DNA of 36,783 nt from a virus (IMGVR_UViG_3300032319_001216:1-36783); one strand, 5' to 3'; shown: positions 8,283-16,392, numbered from the stretch's first letter. The notes: generated by a model from the sequence alone, not told the origin. Numbers and translations are program-made.

Positions 8283-9313
8283 GTCCTCGCTCCCTTCGCG
8301 GCCACCACGGCCAGTGCGTCCTCGCCCACGTCGAACCCCGGCGCGGCCGGGTTGAACCCGGGCGCGGTCTGCTTCAAGCCGTCGCGGCGCCTGGGGACGC
8401 GCGCGCCCCTCGAGCCCTCGCGTCGGCCGTTGAAGTCGATGTACGCCGTCACGCGCTCGGCGAGCTCGGTGCGCGTCAGCGGGCCGTCAGCCGCCTCGAC
8501 CGACGCGGCCTTCGTGCCCGCGTCGGCGATGGCGCGCGTGACGTCGGCGAGCGTCTTGCGCGAGCCGATCAGGACCCCGGCCAGATGGTCCGCGAACCGC
8601 GCGGTGGCGATCGCCGCGAGCGACCTCTGGGCCCGCAAGGCCGCCAGGATATGCCTCGCCTCGTCGCCGAGCTGCTCCTCGTCCAGGGCCGGCCGCGACG
8701 CCGGGGGCTCGCGCGTCACGTCACCCGTCACGCCTGCGTCACGCGCTTCCGCGCCGCGCGTGCCCTCGCGCCCGGTGGGTGTGTGTGAGTCGGGGAGGGG
8801 AGACAGAGAGGGGAGAGTGTGAGAGGGGGGAGAACCGGGGAGGGGTCCCGTCACGGCCGTCACGTGACGGTCCGTGACGGTGTCCGTGACGGCGGGCGTG
8901 ACGTCCGTCACGCTGGCGGCGGTCCGCTGCGTGACGGGCGCCGGTTCGGTGGGGGTCGTCGCCGCGGCGCCGCGCTTGCGGGCGCGGTACGCCGCCGCCC
9001 GCTCGGCGGCGCTCTTCGGGGTGTCGCGCGCGACCGCCTGGACCGAGGCGGGCGGCGCGGGCGATGCGACGTCCAGCTCGACCACGCCCCCCTCGGCGCG
9101 CGCGAAGCCCGCGGCGACCAGCACTTCGAGGTCGCGCTCGACGCGGCGGTGCTCGGCGGGCTGCGCGCCCAGCAGGATGGCGACGGCGCGCCCCGTGGTG
9201 GCCGCTGGGCGCAGCGCGACGTGTCCAGCCTCGTCGGCGTAGGACCGCAGCAGGAGCGCCAGCCCACGGGCGCCCACCGGCATCGCGAACCAGCGAGGAT
9301 CGAGCCTCATCAT
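8279..9313 (-). CDS. Phage replication initiator protein (lambda O-like organisation)
   Basis: Start at ATG 9313 overlaps the upstream stop. It has a winged-helix-like N-terminus, an AERAAAYRARKR motif and a VT-repeat linker carrying iterons, and lies upstream of the DnaC-like gene. Confidence 0.7.
   Translation of the reverse strand: MMRLDPRWFAMPVGARGLALLLRSYADEAGHVALRPAATTGRAVAILLGAQPAEHRRVERDLEVLVAAGFARAEGGVVELDVASPAPPASVQAVARDTPKSAAERAAAYRARKRGAAATTPTEPAPVTQRTAASVTDVTPAVTDTVTDRHVTAVTGPLPGSPPSHTLPSLSPLPDSHTPTGREGTRGAEARDAGVTGDVTREPPASRPALDEEQLGDEARHILAALRAQRSLAAIATARFADHLAGVLIGSRKTLADVTRAIADAGTKAASVEAADGPLTRTELAERVTAYIDFNGRREGSRGARVPRRRDGLKQTAPGFNPAAPGFDVGEDALAVVAAKGART
8714..8936. repeat. 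Putative replication origin: 12 CGTCAC/GTGACG hexamers flanking a purine-rich tract
   Basis: Hexamers at 8714, 8719, 8726, 8737, 8849, 8858, 8864, 8874, 8886, 8898, 8906 and 8931. Perfect palindrome CCGTCACGTGACGG at 8857-8870. G/A-rich tract at about 8786-8845. Confidence 0.65.
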
Positions 9314-9513
9314 CGTCCCGCCCTTCGGCGGGCGGCGCGGGCGCGCCACTGCCCGCCGTGCACCTCGACCGCGCGCCGCGCGTCGTGCAAGAGCCTCCGG
9401 GTCTGCTCCGTGCTCCGGAGAGCGTCGGCCGCCTGCGCGCGCTGGAGCTCCACGGCGAGCCGGGTGAACACCTCGCACGGCAGCGGACGGCCGCAGTCGC
9501 AGCGGGACCCCAT
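9310..9513 (-). CDS. Hypothetical protein (67 aa, N-terminal CxC...C)
   Basis: MGSRCDCGRPLPCEV...; start and stop both overlap the neighbouring genes. Confidence 0.65.
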   Translation of the reverse strand: MGSRCDCGRPLPCEVFTRLAVELQRAQAADALRSTEQTRRLLHDARRAVEVHGGQWRARAARRRAGR

Positions 9514-9944
9514 CAGCGCGCCCCCGCGGCGCGGCAGATTCTCGCCAGCCGGAGGATCGCGACGACGCCGCCGTCGTCGTCGTGGACGAGGTGCACACGG
9601 TGGTCGGCCGACGAGAGCGCAAGCCCGCCGCTCGCGTCTGACCACACGACACGAACCCCGCGCGCGAGCGCCCGACCGATCTCGACGTAGGTCTCGCGCC
9701 CCCACCGCTCGTCGGTCAGCGCGAGCACGACGTCAGCGTCGTGCAGCTCGGCGAGGTTCTTCTTGAGAATGCGCGCGCGCGCCGCAGCGTCGGTCGGATC
9801 CTCCTCATCCGGCCCGATCGTCTCGGGCCACGACGACACGACGGTCAGCATGTAGCCGTAGATTTCCGCGCTTCCGACCAGGATCTCGGCAATCCGCGCG
9901 GCGCGCGGCTGGGCCTGCTTCGGGGCGGCGATGTAGACGCGCAT
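9513..9944 (-). CDS. Nucleoside 2-deoxyribosyltransferase / nucleotide N-hydrolase-like protein
   Basis: MRVYIAAP...NLAELHDADVVLAL...GRETYVEIGRALARGVRV is the NDT/Rcl/MilB fold pattern with the catalytic Glu. TGATG coupling at both ends. Confidence 0.75.
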   Translation of the reverse strand: MRVYIAAPKQAQPRAARIAEILVGSAEIYGYMLTVVSSWPETIGPDEEDPTDAAARARILKKNLAELHDADVVLALTDERWGRETYVEIGRALARGVRVVWSDASGGLALSSADHRVHLVHDDDGGVVAILRLARICRAAGAR

Positions 9945-10603
9945 CACGACGCACCGCCCTTGGTGCGTGCGCGCCTCGGGTCCGGCCCGCCCGGCAGCAC
10001 GCTCCACCGCCCGCCGCGGCCAGGTGCCCAGACGAACCACGCGTACTCGCTCGCGTCGCTACCACCGCCCGTGAACGAGGGGCGACGCCCGAGCACGTAC
10101 ACGTCCGCCGGGTGGCGCGACCAGAACTCCGCGCGCGCGACGCCTGCCATCATCCCGAGCCGAAGAAGCGCGGCCGTCGTGCCTCGGTGCGGCGCCTGCG
10201 CGTGCAGGGCGCGCTGGACGAACTCCAACGCATTCACGAAAGGCGGGTTCATGATCACCAACGCGTGCGGCGCGTTCCAGGCCGCGGCGGCGCCGAGAGG
10301 ATCGGCGCTGTCGCCAAGGGCGTTGCCCCAGAGGCACGAAACGGTGGTCTGTCGCCACGCTGGCTCGTGCGCGCGATCGAGCTCGATCGCCGAGATGCGG
10401 TCCGGGTCGCATCCGGCAGCGACGAGCGCCCGCACGATCGCCCCGTCGCCCGCGCACGGCTCCAGGATCGAGCCCGCGAGCGGCAGGTGCGGCAGGATCG
10501 CGCGCACGCACCACTCGGGCGTGGCGTAGTAGTCGTTGGCGCGGCGCGCGTGGCCGGTGCCTTCGATGTCCGTCTTGCGGCGGGCGCGGATGGTAGCGCT
10601 CAT
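9944..10603 (-). CDS. DNA amino-methyltransferase (N6-adenine, possibly N4-cytosine)
   Basis: DYYATPEW, motif I ILEPCAGDGAI, motif IV VIMNPPF; start at ATG 10603. Confidence 0.88.
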   Translation of the reverse strand: MSATIRARRKTDIEGTGHARRANDYYATPEWCVRAILPHLPLAGSILEPCAGDGAIVRALVAAGCDPDRISAIELDRAHEPAWRQTTVSCLWGNALGDSADPLGAAAAWNAPHALVIMNPPFVNALEFVQRALHAQAPHRGTTAALLRLGMMAGVARAEFWSRHPADVYVLGRRPSFTGGGSDASEYAWFVWAPGRGGRWSVLPGGPDPRRARTKGGAS

Positions 10604-10875
10604 GGGCGCGCCTCCGGAACCTGCTCCTCGACCAGCACCCGCGCCGCGCGCACGGCGCGGCCGTCGAGGAGCCGCAGCACCTGCCACGCGTCGTGGTGCC
10701 CGCGGCGCGTCGGCGCCCGCACGAACCCCTTGCGCTCAAGCGCCCGGAGCAGCTCGCTCACGCCGTTCGAGCTCGCGATGCCCAGCTCGACGCCGAGCTC
10801 GCGGACGGACGGCCATCGGCCGAGCCGATCGTCCGCCTGGCGGGCCGTCACCGTGACGCGCGCGCCCGACGTCAT
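10600..10875 (-). CDS. LexA-type winged-helix DNA-binding protein without a peptidase domain
   Basis: TARQ...PSVRELGVELGIASSNGVSELLRALERKGFV matches the LexA N-terminal domain; ATGA coupling at both ends. Confidence 0.75.
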   Translation of the reverse strand: MTSGARVTVTARQADDRLGRWPSVRELGVELGIASSNGVSELLRALERKGFVRAPTRRGHHDAWQVLRLLDGRAVRAARVLVEEQVPEARP

Positions 10876-11327
10876 GCGACCTCCGCCGAGGCGATCGCCT
10901 CGCGGACCATCGACTCGGGAACCTCGAACAGCCCCGTCGTGCCCTTGTACGGGATCGGGCTGACGAACCGGCGCACGTCGGCCAGCACCAGGCCGTACGA
11001 ACCCATGTACCAGCGCCCCGCGGTCCCGCCGTGCGCCGCGACGTACGCCGCCAGGTCCACCGGGTCGCGGATGACGCCATCGAGCCGCGCGACGCCGACC
11101 AGCGCGCCGAGCGGAACGCGCTGACGACCAGGCCAGGCGTCGTACGCCTCCGGGCAGATGTCGATCACGAAGTCGAGGTCGCGCGAGATCTCCGCCTGCG
11201 TGCCGCCCGCGGAGGCGTGGATCACCAGGTCTCCGCGCCAGCCGGTGAACCAGTCGCGGTTCTCGATGCGCTTGCCGGCGTGCATGATCGCCCACGCCCA
11301 GGGCTGCCGGATCGAGAGCGCCTTCAC
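10872..11327 (-). CDS. ASCH domain protein
   Basis: MKALSIRQPWAWAIMHAGKRIENRDW...IHAS...KGTTGLF. Confidence 0.92.
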   Translation of the reverse strand: MKALSIRQPWAWAIMHAGKRIENRDWFTGWRGDLVIHASAGGTQAEISRDLDFVIDICPEAYDAWPGRQRVPLGALVGVARLDGVIRDPVDLAAYVAAHGGTAGRWYMGSYGLVLADVRRFVSPIPYKGTTGLFEVPESMVREAIASAEVA

Positions 11328-11533
11328 GACGTCACTCCGTCGAGTCCCAGGAGCGCGTCGAGATTCGCCTTAGCCTGCCTGAGCGTGTTCGCGCAGGACA
11401 TCTCAAGGTTCCTGGCGCGGGTCTCCTCCGAGCACGCCGCTCGCAGCTCTTCGCGAGCCCGCACCAGATCTTCCGCCGCCGCTTGGTACGCCTTGAACGC
11501 GTCTACGATGTCCTTCTCGGTGCCGACCGTCAT
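11324..11533 (-). CDS. Hypothetical coiled-coil protein (69 aa)
   Basis: MTVGTEKDIVDAFKAYQ...; overlaps both neighbours. Confidence 0.65.
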   Translation of the reverse strand: MTVGTEKDIVDAFKAYQAAAEDLVRAREELRAACSEETRARNLEMSCANTLRQAKANLDALLGLDGVTS

Positions 11534-11622
11534 CGCTGCTCTCCCTTCGCGCGCACCGCCACCACCTGCTCCCCACCGCGCCCCCTCGCCTCCCAACTGG
11601 CGTCGAGCCAGCAGCGCTTCAC
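11530..11622 (-). CDS. Tiny hypothetical protein (30 aa)
   Basis: GTG 11622 overlaps the MTase stop and the stop overlaps ATG 11533, so it exactly fills the gap. Confidence 0.45.
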   Translation of the reverse strand: MKRCWLDASWEARGRGGEQVVAVRAKGEQR

Positions 11623-13076
11623 GCGACCTCCGCGGCGCGCGAGGCGCCGAACTGCGCGGCGACGACGGCCTCGGCGACCTGCGGACAGACCGAGTTGCCA
11701 GCCAGGGCGATTTGCGCCGTCTTCGTCAGCGGTCGCCCGTTGAACTCCGGCGTGATCACGTAGTCCGGCGGGAATCCCTGCGCCGCGAACAGCTCGTGCG
11801 GCGCCAGCATCCGCATTCCCACGTCGACGATCTGGTACGGAGCGCCGTCGACGAGCACGATGCCGAAACGCGCCTTCGTCGTGACCGTGTGCAGCGGTTC
11901 GAGCAGCGAGTGCTGCTGTCCGCTGTCGGCGCCGTAGTACTTCATCAGGAACGCCCGCACCTCGCCGATGTGCCATCCACCAGCGGTGACCGTGGGCATG
12001 GGCTCGACGACGCTCGCTCCCGTCGAGGTTCCGTACAGCTTCGTGAGAAACGCTGCCGACAGCGCGTGATGGTCGGTGGCGGTGATCGTGCCGATCGTGC
12101 GGTCGACACGGTGCCCGACGACGCCGCCGTAGTGCTTAGTGAGTACTGGGCAGACGAGGTGCTTGTCGTTCGTCCCGCACACCGTGCCGAGCGGCACCCC
12201 CAGCGGCTGGCCGCGGAAGGTGCCCGCACCGCACCCCTCGTGCAGCCCGGCGCCGGTCTTCGTCGAGTAGTGGCCGTGCCGCACGATGAACGGCGACGCC
12301 GAGCCCAGCACGTAACGGCGAATGCCTTCCGCGATGCGGCGCTCGGTCGCGGGGGCAAGAGGCTTCGAGCGGCCGAAGATCGACCGCACGGGCAGCGTCC
12401 AGTCGATGACCTCGTGCGCCGGGCGCCACGGGTGCGCGCGCCCCTTGCCGTGCGTCGCAGTCGGCCACGCGATCGCGCCGGCGTCGCGCCGCGCAACCAA
12501 GAACAGCCGCCTGCGGATCGTCGGCGTGCCGTAGTCGGCCGCCACGAGCGAGCGGAACTCGACGCGGTACCCGAGCTCCACGAGGCGCGCGAGCCACGCG
12601 CGAAAGTCCTCCCCGGCCCGAGCGGGATCGGGGCGCAGCTTGCCCTCTTCGCCGACGAGGGGGCCCCAGGTCTGGAACTCCTCGACGTTCTCCAGGACGA
12701 TCACGCGCGGCGCGACCATCTCGGCCCACCGGATGACGACGTTCGCGAGCCCCCGGATCTCACGCCTTACGGGCTGCGTCCCCTTCGCCCGCGAGAAGTG
12801 CGTGCAATCCGGGGAGAACCACGCCAGCCCGACCGGGCGCGAGCCGCACGCCTCGCGCGGGTCGACCTCCCAGATGTTCTCGCAGTAGTGCCGCGTGTTC
12901 GGGTGATTCACGCGGTGGACGGCGATCGCCTCGGGCGAGTGGTTGATCGCGATGTCGACCGGCCGCCCGATGGCCGCCTCGATGCCCGTCGATGCCCCGC
13001 CGCCCCCGGCGAAGTTGTCGACGACGAGCTCGTCGGGCCCGAGGAACGACGCACGCACAATCGGCGGGCGCGTCAC
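11619..13076 (-). CDS. DNA (cytosine-5) methyltransferase, phage type
   Basis: Motif I DNFAGGGG, catalytic SPDCTHFS, ENVEEF, RRRLF, and motif X GNSVCP. GTG 13076 overlaps the integrase stop. Confidence 0.95.
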   Translation of the reverse strand: MTRPPIVRASFLGPDELVVDNFAGGGGASTGIEAAIGRPVDIAINHSPEAIAVHRVNHPNTRHYCENIWEVDPREACGSRPVGLAWFSPDCTHFSRAKGTQPVRREIRGLANVVIRWAEMVAPRVIVLENVEEFQTWGPLVGEEGKLRPDPARAGEDFRAWLARLVELGYRVEFRSLVAADYGTPTIRRRLFLVARRDAGAIAWPTATHGKGRAHPWRPAHEVIDWTLPVRSIFGRSKPLAPATERRIAEGIRRYVLGSASPFIVRHGHYSTKTGAGLHEGCGAGTFRGQPLGVPLGTVCGTNDKHLVCPVLTKHYGGVVGHRVDRTIGTITATDHHALSAAFLTKLYGTSTGASVVEPMPTVTAGGWHIGEVRAFLMKYYGADSGQQHSLLEPLHTVTTKARFGIVLVDGAPYQIVDVGMRMLAPHELFAAQGFPPDYVITPEFNGRPLTKTAQIALAGNSVCPQVAEAVVAAQFGASRAAEVA

Positions 13077-14527
13077 GACGCGCCTCCCACGAACCGCGAG
13101 AGGGCCTCGCGCTCGCGCCGCGTCGCTGGGCGCTGGCGCGTGCACCGGGCGAGCTTGGCGAGCCCCCGGAGGGCGGCGGACTCGTCGCCGGCGAGCGCCG
13201 CCGCAACGGTCTCGCGCGCGACGCGCCGGAGGGCCGGACGTTGATGCGCGGCGCGACTGGCGGCGGCCGCGTCGAATCCGGCGGAATCTGACGTGCGGCG
13301 ACTCGCCGCAGGTTCGCGTGATTCCGCGCGCTTACGCGAATCGTCGACCGGCCGGCCTGGTTCGAGTCCAGGCGCTGGAGCTAGTCTCCCCGAGTAGATC
13401 GCTCGCGCGTCAACGTTCGCGTCAAGCCGGAGGGAGGCGACCGCGTCGCAGAGCGGCTCCCATTCCCAGTGCGTGTAGTGGTCCACCATGGTACCCGTGG
13501 CGTTGTGCGTCACGCGCTCGATCACGTCGGGGCGAGCGCCGCCGCGGCGCGCGAACGTGAGGAACGTGTGCCGCGTCGAGTGCAGCGAGAGGTTCGTCAC
13601 GCCGGCGGCGTCGCACGCGCGGCGCCACGCCTTGTAGGCGCTTGACTTTGTGTGCGCGGACCCGCCGATCTGCGGCACGATGAAGTCCGCCGGCCGCGGC
13701 GCGCGGAGGTGGACGAGCTCCCAGCCCTCGCGGCGCCACAGCTCGAGCGCGCCAGCGAGCACCGGGTGCACAGGCACCCGGCGAGGGCGATCGGTCTTGA
13801 GCGCCTGGTCCTCGTACTGCGTCGCGACCGTCAGGCAGGGGAGCGGCGTCGACTCCGTGTCCAGGTCGCGCCAGCGCCGACCGCAGACCTCCCCCTCGCG
13901 CATCCCGGTCAGCAGAGCGAGGGCGATCCAGATCCGCGACGGCTTCGGGATCGCCGGGTGCGTGAGCAGCGTCGCGACGGCCGCACGATCGTAAGCCGAG
14001 CGAGGCTTGGTGGGCGTCTTGCTGATCGTACCCGGCTGCAGGCGGCACGGGTCGCGCTGGACCAGGTCGCCGAAGACGGCGTCGCGGAACATCGTCCGGA
14101 GAGCTCCGTAGATGAGGGCGATCGTCTTCGGCGCGAGCGGCCGCCCGGTCGACTCGCTCACCACCGAGCGCAGGCCAACGACGACGCCCTGCACGTCGAC
14201 CGGCCGCACGTCCGCGATCGGCATCGCCACGAACGCCGCGCACGCGGGCCGCGCGAGGACGTGCCGGGTGAGCAGCGCCCGCTCGTTCGCGGCGCTACGG
14301 ACGGTGCGACGATCGAGCCAGTCGCGAGCAGCCTGCCCGACCGTGATCGCCCGCGACTCCGCCGGGGGCACGTACGTGCCGCGGGCAACCTCGGCCTTCC
14401 GGCGCCGCTCGACGCGCTCCGCCTCGCGCCGGTCCGCCCCGACGCGCTCCCAGACGGGGCGCCCCTGCCAGGTGAAGACCGCGTAGTACGTGGTCCCGCT
14501 CTTCCTCGTGCGCGCGACGACGGACAT
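13073..14527 (-). CDS. int: Tyrosine integrase with a long C-terminal tail that contains attP
   Basis: TGMREGEV (R), KTDRPR (K), HSTRH (HxxR), THN (H) and DHY (Y); N-terminal arm-binding-like domain. Confidence 0.95.
   Translation of the reverse strand: MSVVARTRKSGTTYYAVFTWQGRPVWERVGADRREAERVERRRKAEVARGTYVPPAESRAITVGQAARDWLDRRTVRSAANERALLTRHVLARPACAAFVAMPIADVRPVDVQGVVVGLRSVVSESTGRPLAPKTIALIYGALRTMFRDAVFGDLVQRDPCRLQPGTISKTPTKPRSAYDRAAVATLLTHPAIPKPSRIWIALALLTGMREGEVCGRRWRDLDTESTPLPCLTVATQYEDQALKTDRPRRVPVHPVLAGALELWRREGWELVHLRAPRPADFIVPQIGGSAHTKSSAYKAWRRACDAAGVTNLSLHSTRHTFLTFARRGGARPDVIERVTHNATGTMVDHYTHWEWEPLCDAVASLRLDANVDARAIYSGRLAPAPGLEPGRPVDDSRKRAESREPAASRRTSDSAGFDAAAASRAAHQRPALRRVARETVAAALAGDESAALRGLAKLARCTRQRPATRREREALSRFVGGAS
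13356..13381 (+). mobile_element. Putative attP core: 3' end of a tRNA (T-arm plus acceptor strand), most like tRNA-Asn
   Basis: CCTGG-TTCGAGT-CCAGG is a perfect T stem-loop, followed by CGCTGGA-G-C (acceptor 3' strand ending GGA, discriminator G, as in bacterial tRNA-Asn). No 5' half of the tRNA is present. Confidence 0.8.
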
Positions 14528-14859
14528 CAGCGACCCCCCTTCACGGCGCGGAGCGTGGCGCCGATCCGCTCCACCGGGGCGCCCGGGCGCGTCGCCCGCT
14601 CCTCAAGCCAGGCGAGCAGTTCCGAGCGGCGGAAGCGCCACGTCTGCCCGACGCGCGACGCGGGCACCCTGCCCGAGCTCGCCAGCCTGCCGAGCGAGGC
14701 CGGGTGCAGCCGCAGCAGCGCCGCGGCCTCTTCGCGGGTAAGGACCTCGCCGGACGCCGCCACGCCCGCGCGCTCAAGCGCCATCTCCGCGCCGCGCGCC
14801 GCCGCGCGCTCGACGATGCCGGAAAGCTCCTCGGGGGACAGAACGACGACGGTGCTCAC
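14527..14859 (-). CDS. xis: Excisionase-like HTH_17 protein
   Basis: VLTREEAAALLRLHPASL...GRVPASRVGQTWRFRRSELLAWL; TGATG-coupled to int. Confidence 0.85.
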   Translation of the reverse strand: MSTVVVLSPEELSGIVERAAARGAEMALERAGVAASGEVLTREEAAALLRLHPASLGRLASSGRVPASRVGQTWRFRRSELLAWLEERATRPGAPVERIGATLRAVKGGR

Positions 14860-15419
14860 CAGGCCTCCGGATCGAGGCCCCGCCGGCGGGCCTCCGTGTC
14901 GATGATGTCGAGCGCGGCCACGAGCCCTTCGAGCTCGCCATCCGCGCGCAGCCTCTCGGCAAGCGTCGCCCGCCGCCTTTCGATCTCCGCGCGCGCCGCG
15001 CGCAAGACCGCGCCCGCCTGGTCGTCGGCGGGCTCCACGCGAGCCACCCCGCGACCGACCGCGGCGGCGACGGTCGTGTGGTCTCGGTCCACGAGCGCCC
15101 CGATCTCGCTCAGCGACAGGCCGCGCGCCCTCAGCCGGCGCCAGAATCGGTGTCGCGCCGCGGCGATGGCGCCCGTCTTCACGCGCGAGCAGACCTCGAG
15201 CGGCGTCACGGGCGCGCGGCCGATCGCGGCCCGCAGGTCATCGCCGAGGCCGAGCCGATCGAGCCGAGCGAGCACGTCACGGGGGGCGCACGCACCTGCA
15301 CGCCCGCCGCCCGCCTCCCGGCCGTCTTCCGCGCGCGCTCGCGCGGCGCCACGCTCCGCGACGGCGGCGTGCGCGCCCGCAACAAAAGCGGGGGCGAACG
15401 ACGACCGAGGGGCGAACAC
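14856..15419 (-). CDS. Protein with a DnaA domain IV-like HTH
   Basis: AARH...GLSLSEIGALVDRDHTTV matches the DnaA C-terminal signature SLxxIG...RDHTTV. The start is assumed to be GTG 15419. Confidence 0.7.
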   Translation of the reverse strand: MFAPRSSFAPAFVAGAHAAVAERGAARARAEDGREAGGGRAGACAPRDVLARLDRLGLGDDLRAAIGRAPVTPLEVCSRVKTGAIAAARHRFWRRLRARGLSLSEIGALVDRDHTTVAAAVGRGVARVEPADDQAGAVLRAARAEIERRRATLAERLRADGELEGLVAALDIIDTEARRRGLDPEAW

Positions 15420-15421
15420 GG

Positions 15422-16390
15422 TCAGCCCATCCCCGGCGGAAGGCCCATCACCACGAGCAGGCCGCAGCCGCGCGAGGCGACGTCGACCGCGTCCTCCGGA
15501 GCGCGCACCCGCGCGATCGCGTCGTTGACCGCGTCGAGCAGGAAGAGCTCCGGCCGGTGCATCTCGTAGAACCACGAGATCTTCCCGCCGCCCGCGCGGT
15601 ACCGCAGCCGCACCGGGATCGAGTAGGTCACCTCCCCGCGGAGGATCGGGATCCGGATGTGGAACGCGCTCGGGACCTTCACCGTGTCGTTCAAGCCGTC
15701 ACCGTCCTTGTGCTCGGTCGTGAACACGAACGAGACCTCGCCGGTCCCGCGGTTGATCACGTTCCGCACGGTCTCCTCGACCCGGACGGAGAGCCCCTTG
15801 GGGACCTGCATCAGGGCGTTCGGTCCGGCGAGCGAGACGCCGAGCTTCTCCGCCCACGCCTTCGCGATGTTCCCCGCGGCCCCGGGCTCTCCGATGTCGA
15901 AGAGCCTGTCCTCGATGAACTCGGCGAAGGCCGCCTGGCCCTTCTTCTTCGCCTCTCCGTTCGATCCGACCCACGCCTCCCACTCGTCGCTCAGCGGGAA
16001 GGGGTACTCGATGACGTCGTCGCAGAACGCCGGCTCGCCACCGTGACCGGCGGCGTGGAAGTTCAGGACCGCGACCAGCTTCGGCCGCTCGCCCGCGTCC
16101 GCGAAGATCACGCTGTTCTCGCCCGAGTCGCGGTTCACGAGCGCGACGAAGCTCGCGATGTCGTGCGCGACGATGCGCCCGCTGCGGCGCGCGGGGCGCT
16201 CGCGCCACTCGTCGACGAGCCGCCGCACGCTGACGAGCGAGCCGCTCCGATCGAAAACGGCGGGGAAAGTGTGCGGGACCCCCGGGCCCGTCGCCTCGAC
16301 GGCGACCAGCTTCGCCTCGGTGCGCTCACGCGCGAACTCGATGATCGAGCGCGCGTCGCTGTACGTGTTCACGTTCGTGGTGTCGGCCAT
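15422..16390 (-). CDS. DUF2303 (YfdQ-like) family protein
   Basis: DIASFVALVN...LVAVLNFH...SDEWEAW...QAAFAEFIED...PSAFHIRIPI...VRLRYR; start at ATG 16390. Confidence 0.85.
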   Translation of the reverse strand: MADTTNVNTYSDARSIIEFARERTEAKLVAVEATGPGVPHTFPAVFDRSGSLVSVRRLVDEWRERPARRSGRIVAHDIASFVALVNRDSGENSVIFADAGERPKLVAVLNFHAAGHGGEPAFCDDVIEYPFPLSDEWEAWVGSNGEAKKKGQAAFAEFIEDRLFDIGEPGAAGNIAKAWAEKLGVSLAGPNALMQVPKGLSVRVEETVRNVINRGTGEVSFVFTTEHKDGDGLNDTVKVPSAFHIRIPILRGEVTYSIPVRLRYRAGGGKISWFYEMHRPELFLLDAVNDAIARVRAPEDAVDVASRGCGLLVVMGLPPGMG

Positions 16391-16392
16391 GG

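Noticed and set aside
8714-8936. CRISPR-like or DGR repeat
   Set aside because: The repeats are 6-mers in mixed orientation with irregular spacing, and no cas or reverse transcriptase gene is present in the genome
8279-9652. Long N-terminal extensions given by the ORF track for many genes (e.g. 9652, 10687, 13145, 16999, 28608, 32609)
   Set aside because: The extensions overlap upstream genes in another frame; starts were reassigned to the codons overlapping the upstream stop
13310-13385. Possible intact tRNA gene
   Set aside because: Only the T-arm and acceptor 3' strand are present. There is no TCCAGCG 5' strand, D-arm or anticodon arm upstream, so it was treated as an attP core.
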